Assembly (NCBI GenBank): GCA_963724515.1
Contig: CAVRUU010000002.1
Location: 2,942-66,941, forward strand
Direction: 5' to 3'
DNA: 64,000 nt
Source of the DNA: Candidatus Eiseniibacteriota bacterium
GTDB lineage: Bacteria; Eisenbacteria; RBG-16-71-46; SZUA-252
Each line of letters opens with the position of its first letter. The stretch's first letter is position 1. Positions 15,912 to 25,464 of the stretch are shown here, one piece after another. Made by a program: the position numbers and the translations under genes. The notes below the pieces were generated by a model. The model had not been told where the DNA came from and ran no database searches. It was given only the letters and a program-made list of their open reading frames with translations.

Positions 15912-18900
15912 CGCAGCACTCCCACCTTGATGCGCTCGCTCACGCCGGGTCCGTCGATTCGCGCGACGTAGACACCCGGCCGGACCAGTTCCCCGTTCCC
16001 GTTTCGCCCGTCCCAGGGAACCTCGTTCAGGCCGCTCGTCCCGCCGCGCCCTCCTGGGGCGAGCGACATCTCGCGCACGAGATCCCCGAGCAGCGTGTAG
16101 ATGGACACTTTCACGGCGGCGTCCTGACCCAGCACGTAGGAGAGCAAGCAGGCCTCGTTCCCCGCGTGGAACGGGTTCGGGTAGCCGTGGGGCCGCCCGA
16201 AAAACGTGATGTCGCGCGACGTCAGAACGCTGAAGGGAAGCCCGCCGCCGCCCACGACGGGGACGCTGCCTCCGGTGACAACATCGACGGCGAAGACGTC
16301 GGTCGCCTGCGCCAGCGCGAACGCGACGCGCTGCGCCGCCGTCCCCGCCCGGAACGTCGCCTCGACGAAGAGCGATTCCGGAGCGTTCCCCATGGCGAGC
16401 GGGGGGCTGACCGTGAGGACGACCGGATTGGGGGCGCCCGGAGCCGGCGCGCTCTGCGCGAGAAGGGTGCCCGCCGCGTCGCGTAGGGCGATCGAGGCGA
16501 TCGAAGAGGCGGGCGCCGTTCCGGCCGTGCCGTCCGAGAGGACGGTGACGGCGATCGACTGGAGAGAATCGCCGGTGGAGCTGCCGGCCACGGCCAGCGG
16601 CATCAGCTCGATCCCCCAGACCCGCACCGGCGCTCCCCCCGCCGCCACCTGCAACGGCGGGGACGTATCGATCGCGCGCACCTGGATCGCGGCGAGGGCT
16701 TGGAGCACGATGAACTCGCTGTCCGAGGAACCGACCGAGGCGCTTCCCGGAAGGCCCCACTCGGTTCCCTGGAGCGCGAGGTCCACGCGGTACGGCTGGC
16801 TCGCCATCGACGCGGGAATCGTCACGCCCGGGAAGCGGAGCGTGGCCGTGGCGCCCAGCCCCAGCGTGAAGGCGCCGCCCGTGCCGAGGCCGGTCATGAC
16901 GTCGACACCGTCGGTGAGGGTGAGCCTGGATGCGGACGGATCGAGCACGAACGGCGATCCGCCTCCGTTCCGCACGTCGAGCGTGACGTCGGTCGTCTGA
17001 CCGGGACGTGCCTGGCTCGGCGCGGTGGAGCGCGCCACGTACTGGAGCGCGGCCGGCTGCATCGCGTGGAGCGTGTCCGCGGTCAGGCTCTGCGCGCGCA
17101 CGACACCGTCCTCGAGCCCGAAGACATCGAGCGTGGCCGCGGCGTCTCCCGGCGAGGCCGGCGAGCCGAGCGCCCCGCCGGAGAAGCTCAGGACGAGCGA
17201 CTGGCCCGCGCCCACCGTGAGGGCCGCTCCCAGGGTCCGCGTGACGGCGACCGGCGGGCCGAGCTCGAGCGCCGTCGCCGGATCGAGGGCGAAGGACACA
17301 TCGCCCAGATTCTGAAGCGTTATCGAGAGGGGACGCGATTGCCCCGCGCTCACCGTTCCCGGGCTGAGCGAGCCGGCTGTCGCGGCGAGGAGCGCGGGAT
17401 CGAGGACGTCGACGCTGTCGGGCGCGAACGGGATCGTGTCGGTGAACGCCTGCCCTGCTTCGATTCCGTCGACGTACAGAAGCGCCGGGTATCGTCCCTT
17501 GGAGACGCTCCCCGGCACCGCGAGCGAATCGAACGCGAGGGTCGCCTGGTCGGACGCCGCGACCGCGGTGTTGGCCGAAAGCGCCGTGACGAGCGTGGTC
17601 CCGCCGAGATCGATGACGAGCCTCGTCGTTCCCCGCTGGAGCGTCGCGCTCGCGGCGCCCGTGTTCGCGACGCGCACCGTCGGGGCCGATGTCCTCCCGC
17701 GGAGGAATCGCTGCGGCGTGCCCGTGCCAGCGACCGCGACGATCGCCGCGCCCGAGACGACGCGGAAGCCGAGCGGCGTCACGCTGGACGCGACGACGGG
17801 GTTCCCACCGAACGTGACCGTCGCCTGAAGCGTCGCGTCGACGGTCGTCCCCGACGGGATCCCGCTCGACGGGACCTGCGCGGGGAACGTGAAGCGCGTG
17901 GTTGCCCCGGCGGGGATCGCGGTCCCGAGCGGCGGTGTCGGCGCCCCGGTGATGAAAGCGCCCGTCGAATACCCCACGCTCGCGCCCGAGAGATTCCCCG
18001 CGGTGCCGGAGATGTTCGAGACGTCGAACACGAGGGAGACCGTCTGGCCGAGCGAAACCGGATCGGGAGAGGCGCTCACGGCCGTCACGCCGATCCCGCC
18101 GACGCTCACCTGGGCTCCGGCGAGGCTCGGATAGAAATCGAACGAAGCGCCGGTCGCGTCGGTCCCGAAGGCGCGAAAGCTCGGTGCGTAGGAGCCTGGG
18201 GCGAGCGCGGCCGGAACCGTTGCCGCGGCGAACGCCAGGGTCGCGGTGGCCCCGGCTCCGATGGTGGCGGTCGAGGCGAGGGTCGCGGAGAACGCCGTCG
18301 CGCCGGCGCCGAATGAGAAGATCGAGCCCGCACCGACCTGGATCGTGCCCGTTCCCGTGTTTCGCGCCTGGAGCGAGAAGGCGGCGCTTCCACCAGGGAC
18401 GACCGCTCCCGGCGCAAGAGAACCCGCCACGTACGCGAGCGACGGAGGCGGCACGTACGTGAATGCGTGCGATCCGGCGCCACTGCCCGCGCGCGAGACG
18501 GCCAAGAGCGTGTCGAGACCCGCCGTGGAAGGCGCGATGAGAACGACCGAGGCTTTGCTGTCGGCTCCGGTCGCGAGATCGAGCCCCGGATAGGCGGCGC
18601 TCGCGTCGGAGGCGATGAGGGTCCCGGCTTGCGCGCTCACGCCGATGAGGATCCCGGCCCCGACGAGATTCCCGAACGTGTCCCTTACGGGACCGAGGGT
18701 GATCGTCGAGGCGCTTCGTCCATCCGCGGTCAGGCTGTCGCGCGTCGCGGAGGTCGCGATCGCGCCCCCGGGAGCCGCGGGGGTCACCGTCGCGTTCCCG
18801 CCCGCGCCGCTGCCTCCGCCCGCGCGGTCCGCGCCGATCGCCACCGACTCGACGAGCGTGTCGCGGCCCATCGTCACGAACGCTCCCGCCGAAAGGGCGC

Positions 18901-21900
18901 CCGAGACCGGCGTCCACGTGACGGCGCCCGAGGGGCGCATCGTCACCAATGCGGTGTCAGCCGTCACGAGGTTCCCGAACGCATCGACGGCCTGCACGCT
19001 GACGCTCTCCGGAACGCCCGCGGTCCACGCGAGCGAGGCGGCCGTCACCCGGAGCGCGGCCGTCGGCCCCGGGTACGTTGCCGCGCGGATTCCGACCGCG
19101 CTCAGCGATCCCCCGCTGACGAAGACCGAATCCGCCGCGGGCGCCGCGCTGGGGGCGCGGTAACGCACCGCGAGCCGGCCCGAGGAGTTCGTGATCCCAC
19201 TCTGCGATCCGGGCCCGCCCGACGTGCCGCCGATCGACTCGAGCGATCCCACGGCACTCGGCCCGCCCAGGTAGAACGTGATCGCGTGACCCTGGATCGG
19301 GTTCCCCTGCGGATCGAGCACCGTGACCGTCACGTTTCTCCCCTGCGTGGGCGTCAGGGAGAGCGAGTCGGGAGCGAGCGTCAGGCTCGCGGCGCCGGCC
19401 GGATTCACCGCGACCGGCCCGTAGGTGACCGTGGGGCGCGCGCCGTCGCTCACCTGGATCGTGAGGGGGCTCGCCTGGGTTGGGGTTACCGGGATCGGGG
19501 CGGTGCCTCCGCTCAACGCCACGGAGCCGGGCACGGTCGCGGCGCCGGACGTCACGGTGGGCGTGAGCAGCTCGCCGCTCTCGCCCGGAAGAGGGTTTCC
19601 GAACGAGTCGAACGCGTCGACGGTGAGCGTGACACCCGTGCCCGCCGTGAGGGGCCCCGCGGGACCTGAGATCGTGTAGTGGTCGATGGCGCCCGGCTGG
19701 TAGAGGATCGCGGGCTCGACCAAGAGCGGCACGCCGCTCGCGATCACGTGCACGACGCCGGTGTCGGCGACGGTCGCCGTCGCGCGGAAGTCGAGGCTGC
19801 CGCCGGCGTCCGTCGCGGATCCGAGCGCCGTCACGGTCGCCGAAACGCCGGCCACCGTGACCGCGATCGATGCAGCCGGAATGCCGGGCAGCGGATGATC
19901 CTGGCTGTCGCGGAGCGTGACCTGGACGATGCTGCCCGTGGCGCCGACCGGGGCCGGCGACCCCGCGCTGACACCGGAGCGCCCCGCGCTCACGCTCCCC
20001 GGGACGAGGCGGACGCTCACGGAGCCGGCCGAGGTGGTGTCGCGCACCGCCCGCGCGGTGACCACCGCCGTGGCCAGCACGTCGCCGCCGAAGAGCGTGC
20101 ACGTGATGGCTCCCCCCGACGCGGAGACCTGAACCCCGGGGGTCGATGGGTCGGCGTCGGCGGTCACGATCGAGCCGGCCGAGGCGGCGACCGTGTACTT
20201 CTCGCCGTTTTCGACCTGGTTTCCGTTCGCGTCGTGAAGGCCGCTCGCGCCGATCGTGAGCGTCGCGACGCTGTCGGCGGCGAGCGAATCGGCCGCGGCC
20301 CCGAGCGCGATCGATGCAGCCGGAATGCCGGCGAGGAGTCGGACCGCGGCCGTGGCGCTCGCCGGGCCGCCGCCTCCCACGCGCTCCGCCGTCACCGTGG
20401 CCGTTCCCGGGCCCGCCACGACGCCTGCGCGCACGCTGCCGCCGACGGCCCCCGTGGAATCCGCGAGGAGCTGCGCGCCAGGCGCGCCCGGATCCTGATC
20501 GGTGACCGGCGAGACGAGTGTCCCCGCCAGCGTGAACCGCTCGCCGGCCGCCACGGCGTTCCCGTATGCGTCGACCGCCGTCCCCGAGACGAGCACCGAA
20601 TCCACGGAGTTTGCGATCACGGTGTCGGGCGATGCGAACAGCACCATCAGGGCCGGCACGTTCGGGACCGTGTACACCGGCGCCCCTGCCGTGCCCAGGA
20701 AGGGCGACACGCCGTTCGCGTCGATCGCGCGGATGCGACCCTCCGACGTCGTGGTCCGGGTGTCGGTGAACTTGAAGCGCGCGGAATCGGCGCCCGCCGG
20801 GACCGTGATCTCGAAGATCGCGCTCGTGCCCGCGACGCTCCGGAACGTGCCGTTCGAACGGTCGGTCCACAAGGTCAGGGTCTCCGGAGCAAGGGCCGGC
20901 GCCGGGTTCCCGAAGGCGTCGAAGACCCGCACGGTGACCGTGTCCGGCACTCCCGCCGTGAGACGGAGCGTGTCGGGCGCGAGCACCATGTGATCGGGAC
21001 CGGCCGGAGAGACATCGAGGCGATGACGCCCGGACGTAAATCCCATGGCTGAGTCGCTTACGGCGAGCCAGAAGGCGCCCGCGCGGCGCGCCGTCAACGA
21101 CCCCGCGTACGTGCCGCCTGCGAGCGCGGCCAGGTCGCTGACGAGCTCCGGGTCGGCGGCCGCGGCGCCCACCGAGTCCGCGAACGCCACGAACCGCAAC
21201 GCCGCCACGGAGCCCGGCCCGTCCGTGATCGTGTTCCCGTCCGCGTCGCGCGAGCGCGCGGTGACCGCGAACGGAGCGCCCGCGGTCGCGGAGCCGGCGG
21301 CCGTCATCGCGAGCCCGGCGTACGCGCCGTGGAGGACCGTGATGACCCCCGTCGAGTCCGTCCACACGCCCGCGCTGTCCGCGTAGGCCTTGCCGGTGCC
21401 CGGAACGTCGAGCCGGAGGGCGGTGGCCGAGCCGTTCGCCGGCACGGGAGCGCCGATCCCACCCGACAGCGTCCAATCACAGCGAATCAGGAGGCCCGGG
21501 TTTCCGTAGGAGTCGTAGCCACGGAGGAAGAGCTGAGTCGTGTCCTGGTCGGTCGTGCGCGTGAGCGCGTCGACCGGCGCGCCCGAGCCGTCCACGAGAT
21601 CAACGGAGACCACGGCCCCTGCTTTGACGGCCAGCTGGACCGATGTGGAAACTTCCGCCGGCGACCCGGTGAATTGTGGGTCGCTCAGGACCTGGAACAC
21701 GACGGTGTCGGGCGCGATCGTCTGCACTCGCGCGGAAGCGGACCCGCCCCCCGCGCCGTAGACGATTCCGAACGAGTCCCCGCTCAGGAACCGCGTCGCG
21801 CTCGAGAAGTGAGGCGCCCCGCCGAGGTAGACGCGAACGGTCTGACCCGAGACCGAAATCGAATCGACCCTGACGTCGGTGGACGCGACGTACCCCGCCG

Positions 21901-22219
21901 CGGTGGAATCCGTGGTCTGCGGCGGACTCCATCCGGTCGGAATCACGGCCTCGATGAATCCGCCGGTCACGGCATCGAAGTCCTCTCCGGCGGTGTAGGT
22001 GATCGTCCACGTGCCGGGCGCGCCGGCCACCACGGTGTCGGGAGGCGTGATGAAAGCGGTCCCCGATCCCGCGCCCGCGAGAGCGGACGTTGCGAGCAGG
22101 CAGCAGGCGCACGCGACCCCGAGCGCGACGAGGATCGAGCGCCACGTCGCGCGCGCGCGCGAGCGCCCGCGCTTCGGGAACGCACGCGGCTTTCGGTTCC
22201 GGAGTGGTTGCTGCGGCAT
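15908..22219 (-). CDS. Giant surface adhesin-like protein (Big/invasin-type Ig repeats, CARDB-like repeats, FlgD-Ig/T9SS-like CTD)
   Basis: 2103 aa with a signal peptide (...LVALGVACACCLLATSALAGA).
- About 9 Ig-like modules with the recurring motif (V/A)xDA(F/Y)GNP/GNxV, e.g. VRVFDAFGNPAP, TAVDAYGNAVAAG, VDAFDSFGNPLPG, VLDPQGNPIQG, VQAVDAFGNLV.
- About 7 CARDB-like modules in the C-terminal half.
- CTD: GYPNPFHAGNEACLLSYVL...VKVSIYTLLGDLVREM...WDGRNGNGELVRPGVYVARI. Confidence 0.92.
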   Translation of the reverse strand: MPQQPLRNRKPRAFPKRGRSRARATWRSILVALGVACACCLLATSALAGAGSGTAFITPPDTVVAGAPGTWTITYTAGEDFDAVTGGFIEAVIPTGWSPPQTTDSTAAGYVASTDVRVDSISVSGQTVRVYLGGAPHFSSATRFLSGDSFGIVYGAGGGSASARVQTIAPDTVVFQVLSDPQFTGSPAEVSTSVQLAVKAGAVVSVDLVDGSGAPVDALTRTTDQDTTQLFLRGYDSYGNPGLLIRCDWTLSGGIGAPVPANGSATALRLDVPGTGKAYADSAGVWTDSTGVITVLHGAYAGLAMTAAGSATAGAPFAVTARSRDADGNTITDGPGSVAALRFVAFADSVGAAAADPELVSDLAALAGGTYAGSLTARRAGAFWLAVSDSAMGFTSGRHRLDVSPAGPDHMVLAPDTLRLTAGVPDTVTVRVFDAFGNPAPALAPETLTLWTDRSNGTFRSVAGTSAIFEITVPAGADSARFKFTDTRTTTSEGRIRAIDANGVSPFLGTAGAPVYTVPNVPALMVLFASPDTVIANSVDSVLVSGTAVDAYGNAVAAGERFTLAGTLVSPVTDQDPGAPGAQLLADSTGAVGGSVRAGVVAGPGTATVTAERVGGGGPASATAAVRLLAGIPAASIALGAAADSLAADSVATLTIGASGLHDANGNQVENGEKYTVAASAGSIVTADADPSTPGVQVSASGGAITCTLFGGDVLATAVVTARAVRDTTSAGSVSVRLVPGSVSAGRSGVSAGSPAPVGATGSIVQVTLRDSQDHPLPGIPAASIAVTVAGVSATVTALGSATDAGGSLDFRATATVADTGVVHVIASGVPLLVEPAILYQPGAIDHYTISGPAGPLTAGTGVTLTVDAFDSFGNPLPGESGELLTPTVTSGAATVPGSVALSGGTAPIPVTPTQASPLTIQVSDGARPTVTYGPVAVNPAGAASLTLAPDSLSLTPTQGRNVTVTVLDPQGNPIQGHAITFYLGGPSAVGSLESIGGTSGGPGSQSGITNSSGRLAVRYRAPSAAPAADSVFVSGGSLSAVGIRAATYPGPTAALRVTAASLAWTAGVPESVSVQAVDAFGNLVTADTALVTMRPSGAVTWTPVSGALSAGAFVTMGRDTLVESVAIGADRAGGGSGAGGNATVTPAAPGGAIATSATRDSLTADGRSASTITLGPVRDTFGNLVGAGILIGVSAQAGTLIASDASAAYPGLDLATGADSKASVVLIAPSTAGLDTLLAVSRAGSGAGSHAFTYVPPPSLAYVAGSLAPGAVVPGGSAAFSLQARNTGTGTIQVGAGSIFSFGAGATAFSATLASTATIGAGATATLAFAAATVPAALAPGSYAPSFRAFGTDATGASFDFYPSLAGAQVSVGGIGVTAVSASPDPVSLGQTVSLVFDVSNISGTAGNLSGASVGYSTGAFITGAPTPPLGTAIPAGATTRFTFPAQVPSSGIPSGTTVDATLQATVTFGGNPVVASSVTPLGFRVVSGAAIVAVAGTGTPQRFLRGRTSAPTVRVANTGAASATLQRGTTRLVIDLGGTTLVTALSANTAVAASDQATLAFDSLAVPGSVSKGRYPALLYVDGIEAGQAFTDTIPFAPDSVDVLDPALLAATAGSLSPGTVSAGQSRPLSITLQNLGDVSFALDPATALELGPPVAVTRTLGAALTVGAGQSLVLSFSGGALGSPASPGDAAATLDVFGLEDGVVRAQSLTADTLHAMQPAALQYVARSTAPSQARPGQTTDVTLDVRNGGGSPFVLDPSASRLTLTDGVDVMTGLGTGGAFTLGLGATATLRFPGVTIPASMASQPYRVDLALQGTEWGLPGSASVGSSDSEFIVLQALAAIQVRAIDTSPPLQVAAGGAPVRVWGIELMPLAVAGSSTGDSLQSIAVTVLSDGTAGTAPASSIASIALRDAAGTLLAQSAPAPGAPNPVVLTVSPPLAMGNAPESLFVEATFRAGTAAQRVAFALAQATDVFAVDVVTGGSVPVVGGGGLPFSVLTSRDITFFGRPHGYPNPFHAGNEACLLSYVLGQDAAVKVSIYTLLGDLVREMSLAPGGRGGTSGLNEVPWDGRNGNGELVRPGVYVARIDGPGVSERIKVGVLR

Positions 22220-22538
22220 GTGCCTCGGGTCGATGGGAGGTCTCGCTGCGCTCCTCCATTGAATCGCAGCGACTTAGCAGACATGCGGACCGCAAGAGGC
22301 ATGCCACGGAGCGCCGCCGGGCGGGCCTCGCGGCGCGCGAGGAAGCGGCTCGACGACACGACCTTGCAAACGCACGAAGAGCCGGGGGTTCCGGGGCGGC
22401 CGGAGGGGTGTCCGGAACCATGCAGAATGCAATTCGACGTCGAAAATGCGGTCCTGGAGCGGCTGGAATTGGGCGGGCGGCCGAGAGTTGGCCAGGGGGG
22501 GTCTGGGGGTGCTTACGTGGGGCCCAGCGTGGCTCGCG

Positions 22539-23474
22539 CTACCTTGGCCGGCGAATCTCTCCCACGACCTTGGCGGAAAGCTCCGGGCGCTCCGTCACCT
22601 CGACGATCTCCGGCCCATCGGTCCGGTTCGCGAGGCCGATGAACACCACCTGGATGATCGTTGCGAGTCCCATCACGGCGAGCCCGACGTCGAACACTTC
22701 CTTGAGGCTCTGCCGCGTCGCCTCGCTCCAGGACGAGAGCCCGAGGAGCAGGAGCCCCAGCAAGAGCGTCGTCAGGAACCCGGTCAGCTTCCCGAACAGG
22801 GTCGGCCGGATCCGCACGGGACCATGGAAGAAATAGAGGTACACCGTTCCGCCGACGAGCAGCGCGTAGCGCGCGAGCATGAGCGCCGTCACCCACCACG
22901 GCACGACGCGCGCCACGAGCAGTGCCACGAACACCGCCGAATTGAACGCGACGTCGGTCAGCGGATCGAGGAGCGCGCCGACGCGTGTCTCTGCGCGAAG
23001 CGCGCGGGCGAGGACGCCGTCCAGCACGTCGGTGAACGCGCTCGCGGCGAAGAGCCAGACGACCGCGGCCCAGCGCTCCTCGTGGATCAGGATCACGATC
23101 GCCGGGATCGAGACGAAGCGAAGCATCGTGATGGCGATCGGGAGCGGCATCCGGATCACGAGCTGCGCGTCCCGGGAGCCGAGCAGGAGCCCCACGTGCG
23201 TGAGCACCCAGAAGGAGAGGAACAGGAGCATCAGGCTCGACGCGAGGAGGTAGCTCGAGCCGGCCGAGCGACCCACGTGAACCGAGAGGAGGAGCGCCGC
23301 CATGAACTGGAGCGCGAACAATCCGAGCGCCAACGTCGCGATGAGACGCACCAGCTCCGGATGCTGGGGAAGGCCGCGCGAGACACGAACGGCGCTCACG
23401 CGCACGAACCGCCAGATCGCGCTCAGCGTGTATCCCTCTTGGCGGATCTCTTCGAACAGGTCCGGGCGCGGCAT
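22539..23474 (-). CDS. CDP-alcohol phosphatidyltransferase family membrane protein
   Basis: Trimmed to the ATG at 23474 (MPRPDLFEEI...), 311 aa, polytopic. The family motif D-x2-DG-x2-AR...G-x3-D-x3-D appears as FTDVLDGVLARALRAETRVGALLDPLTDV. Confidence 0.85.
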   Translation of the reverse strand: MPRPDLFEEIRQEGYTLSAIWRFVRVSAVRVSRGLPQHPELVRLIATLALGLFALQFMAALLLSVHVGRSAGSSYLLASSLMLLFLSFWVLTHVGLLLGSRDAQLVIRMPLPIAITMLRFVSIPAIVILIHEERWAAVVWLFAASAFTDVLDGVLARALRAETRVGALLDPLTDVAFNSAVFVALLVARVVPWWVTALMLARYALLVGGTVYLYFFHGPVRIRPTLFGKLTGFLTTLLLGLLLLGLSSWSEATRQSLKEVFDVGLAVMGLATIIQVVFIGLANRTDGPEIVEVTERPELSAKVVGEIRRPR

Positions 23475-23506
23475 GGCGCTACGGTAGGATTTTCGACCGC
23501 GGCTGT

Positions 23507-24727
23507 CTAGGGGTTCTGGATGGAGAGCGTCGCCTGCGCGACGCGCCGCTCCACGCCGTAGGTATCCTCGGAGAGGTTGTAGAACTGGATCGTTTCCGGG
23601 CGCGCGCGGCGGTGGAGAAGCTGGGCCTCGATTTTCACGGCTCCCTTGGCGTCGCCGATCGGAATCTCGAAGCTGGACTGCGCGCTCGCGCCGGCCTGGA
23701 TGCGACGGTCCGAGAGCACCTTGGTCGCGGTCCAGGTCTCGGCGGGGTAGGCCCCCAGGTCGTTCGCGAGGAGGATCCCGAACACGGAGTGGTTCCAGTC
23801 TTGAAATGGGTCGTTCTCCCACAGGACGTGCCCTTCCTGATCGGTCGCCCGCATGCGGATCAGGAGCAGGTGCTGGTCGTTTCCGGTGGGGATGGCATGT
23901 CCCGCGCCGACGTTCGTCACGGTCGCGACCACGTGAAGCTCGTCCTCATCGCGTTTCCCGAGCTTCAGCACGAGCGTCGCCGCGTCTTGAAGCGCGGGGT
24001 TCTTGTCGGAACCCTGGAACGAATGATCGGCCACGCGCGGGCGGGCCGGACCCAGCGAGGAGATCCGTCCCGGGCTGCCCGGCATGTGGCACGACTGGCA
24101 CGTGACTCCGGTCTTCGCGTACTTGGACCGCTTCCATTCCCCGAACGTGTCGCTGATCAGGATTCCATTCTGGTTCTCGTACTGGTGGCAGCTTCCACAG
24201 AAGTCCGACTTCGTGATGAACGCGCTGTACTTGGAGGTGTGATCCTTCACCGTCACGGCGTTGCGGATCGGGCCCAGGTAGGGACCCAGCTCGAGCGTCA
24301 CGGGCGGAACCGACCCCGGCGGACCCGGTCCGCTGATGGCGTGGCAATAGACGCACGTCACCCCTTCAACGCTCACCTCGCGGATCTTCTCGTAGTCGTT
24401 CGTGACGAACGACTCCGTCTCGTGGCACGGCCCGCACTTCAACATGGTCAGGCCGCGCGTCTCCTTCAACGACGTGAAATACATCCGTCCGAAGAGAGGG
24501 TTGTTCTTCTGGTCCGCATGGGCATGCGGCGAGCCCACCCACTGCCTGGTGATGTCCACATGGCAGGTGACGCAGGTTTGGGCCGATTGCGGGTTCAGGG
24601 TGTTGCGCAAGAGCGGTGGCGGCGTGTAGGCCGAGACCGCCAGGGCCACCAGCGCGAGAGCCGAAACGACGAAGGCAAAGCACCGGGGGGACGGAGGCAA
24701 ACGATAACGGGTCAAGGTGCCGTTCAT
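23507..24727 (-). CDS. Multihaem c-type cytochrome (five CxxCH motifs), membrane-anchored or secreted
   Basis: 406 aa with an N-terminal hydrophobic anchor. The CxxCH sites are CVTCH, CGPCH, CVYCH, CGSCH and CQSCH. The start overlaps the GT2 stop (ATGA). Confidence 0.9.
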   Translation of the reverse strand: MNGTLTRYRLPPSPRCFAFVVSALALVALAVSAYTPPPLLRNTLNPQSAQTCVTCHVDITRQWVGSPHAHADQKNNPLFGRMYFTSLKETRGLTMLKCGPCHETESFVTNDYEKIREVSVEGVTCVYCHAISGPGPPGSVPPVTLELGPYLGPIRNAVTVKDHTSKYSAFITKSDFCGSCHQYENQNGILISDTFGEWKRSKYAKTGVTCQSCHMPGSPGRISSLGPARPRVADHSFQGSDKNPALQDAATLVLKLGKRDEDELHVVATVTNVGAGHAIPTGNDQHLLLIRMRATDQEGHVLWENDPFQDWNHSVFGILLANDLGAYPAETWTATKVLSDRRIQAGASAQSSFEIPIGDAKGAVKIEAQLLHRRARPETIQFYNLSEDTYGVERRVAQATLSIQNP

Positions 24728-25464
24728 GGTACCCCGGTCCGAGAAGAGGGGTCAAGAAGGTGCGCGAAAACCGTGCTCAGGATCGTGACGCCGGCCCGGA
24801 CCGACCCCGCGACCGTGCCGGAGATCTTGGATCGGCCGACGCGGCGGCGGTAGCGCACCGGGACCTCGACGTGGCGCAGTCCGTGGCGCGCCGCCTTGAC
24901 CTGCATCTCGATGGTCCAGCCGAAATCCCGCTCCCTCATGCCGAGCGCCACGAGCGCGTCGTACCGGATCGCGCGGAAGGGCCCGAGATCCGTGTACCGG
25001 ACCCCGTAGAGCGCGGCGAGGAGCCGGGTCGCGATCCAGTTTCCAAACCGCGCGTGCGGCGTGAGGGCGCCGGGCTCCCGCTCGCCGAGCACCCGGGAGC
25101 CGATCACGAGGTCCGCCGCTCCGTCGAAGATCGGACGGAGCACCAGGACCGCCTCGGAGGGATCGTCGCTCAGGTCGGCGTCGAGGAAGAGCACGACGTC
25201 GGGAGGATCGGCGGCGAGCGCTTCGAGCGCCTTGAGGCAAGCGGCGCCGTAGCCGCGGCGCGGCTCGTGGACCACCGTGGCGCCTCGCTCGCGGGCGATG
25301 CGCGCGGTCGCGTCGGTCGAGCCGTTGTCGGCCACGATGACCCGGCGGACGGGAGGCGAAGGGAGCGCATCCAGGACGAGGCCGAGCGACTGGGCTTCGT
25401 CGAGGGCCGGGATGACGGCGTCGACGCGGAGCGGCGAGGCGCCCCGCGCTCCCGCGACCCTCAC
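24724..25464 (-). CDS. Family 2 glycosyltransferase
   Basis: The GTG start at 25464 overlaps the ppdK stop (GTGA), giving 246 aa. Motifs: DAVIPALDEAQSL, VIVADNGSTDAT, FLDADLSDDP. The upstream part of the 718-aa track ORF is a shadow of ppdK. Confidence 0.85.
   Translation of the reverse strand: MRVAGARGASPLRVDAVIPALDEAQSLGLVLDALPSPPVRRVIVADNGSTDATARIARERGATVVHEPRRGYGAACLKALEALAADPPDVVLFLDADLSDDPSEAVLVLRPIFDGAADLVIGSRVLGEREPGALTPHARFGNWIATRLLAALYGVRYTDLGPFRAIRYDALVALGMRERDFGWTIEMQVKAARHGLRHVEVPVRYRRRVGRSKISGTVAGSVRAGVTILSTVFAHLLDPSSRTGVP

Noticed and set aside
8990-15971. Long + strand ORFs (8990..10963, 12014..13948 and 13770..15971; 644-733 aa)
   Set aside because: They are antisense shadows of the VWA, kinase-PP2C and PorV-TPR genes. 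Their composition is dominated by R/G/P/A/E/D and they have no recognisable domains. This is a typical high-GC codon-position artefact.
13968-18917. 1649-aa track ORF suggesting a much longer PorV-like protein
   Set aside because: Upstream of the ATG at 15911 the frame is an Arg-rich alternative frame of the adhesin gene. The signal peptide and the ATGA coupling define the real start at 15911.
18957-21476. 839-aa minus-strand ORF and several 300-540-aa ORFs inside 16-22 kb
   Set aside because: They are alternative frames of the 2103-aa adhesin, with R/G/D/P-rich nonsense composition. The adhesin frame alone shows signal peptide, repeat periodicity and CTD.
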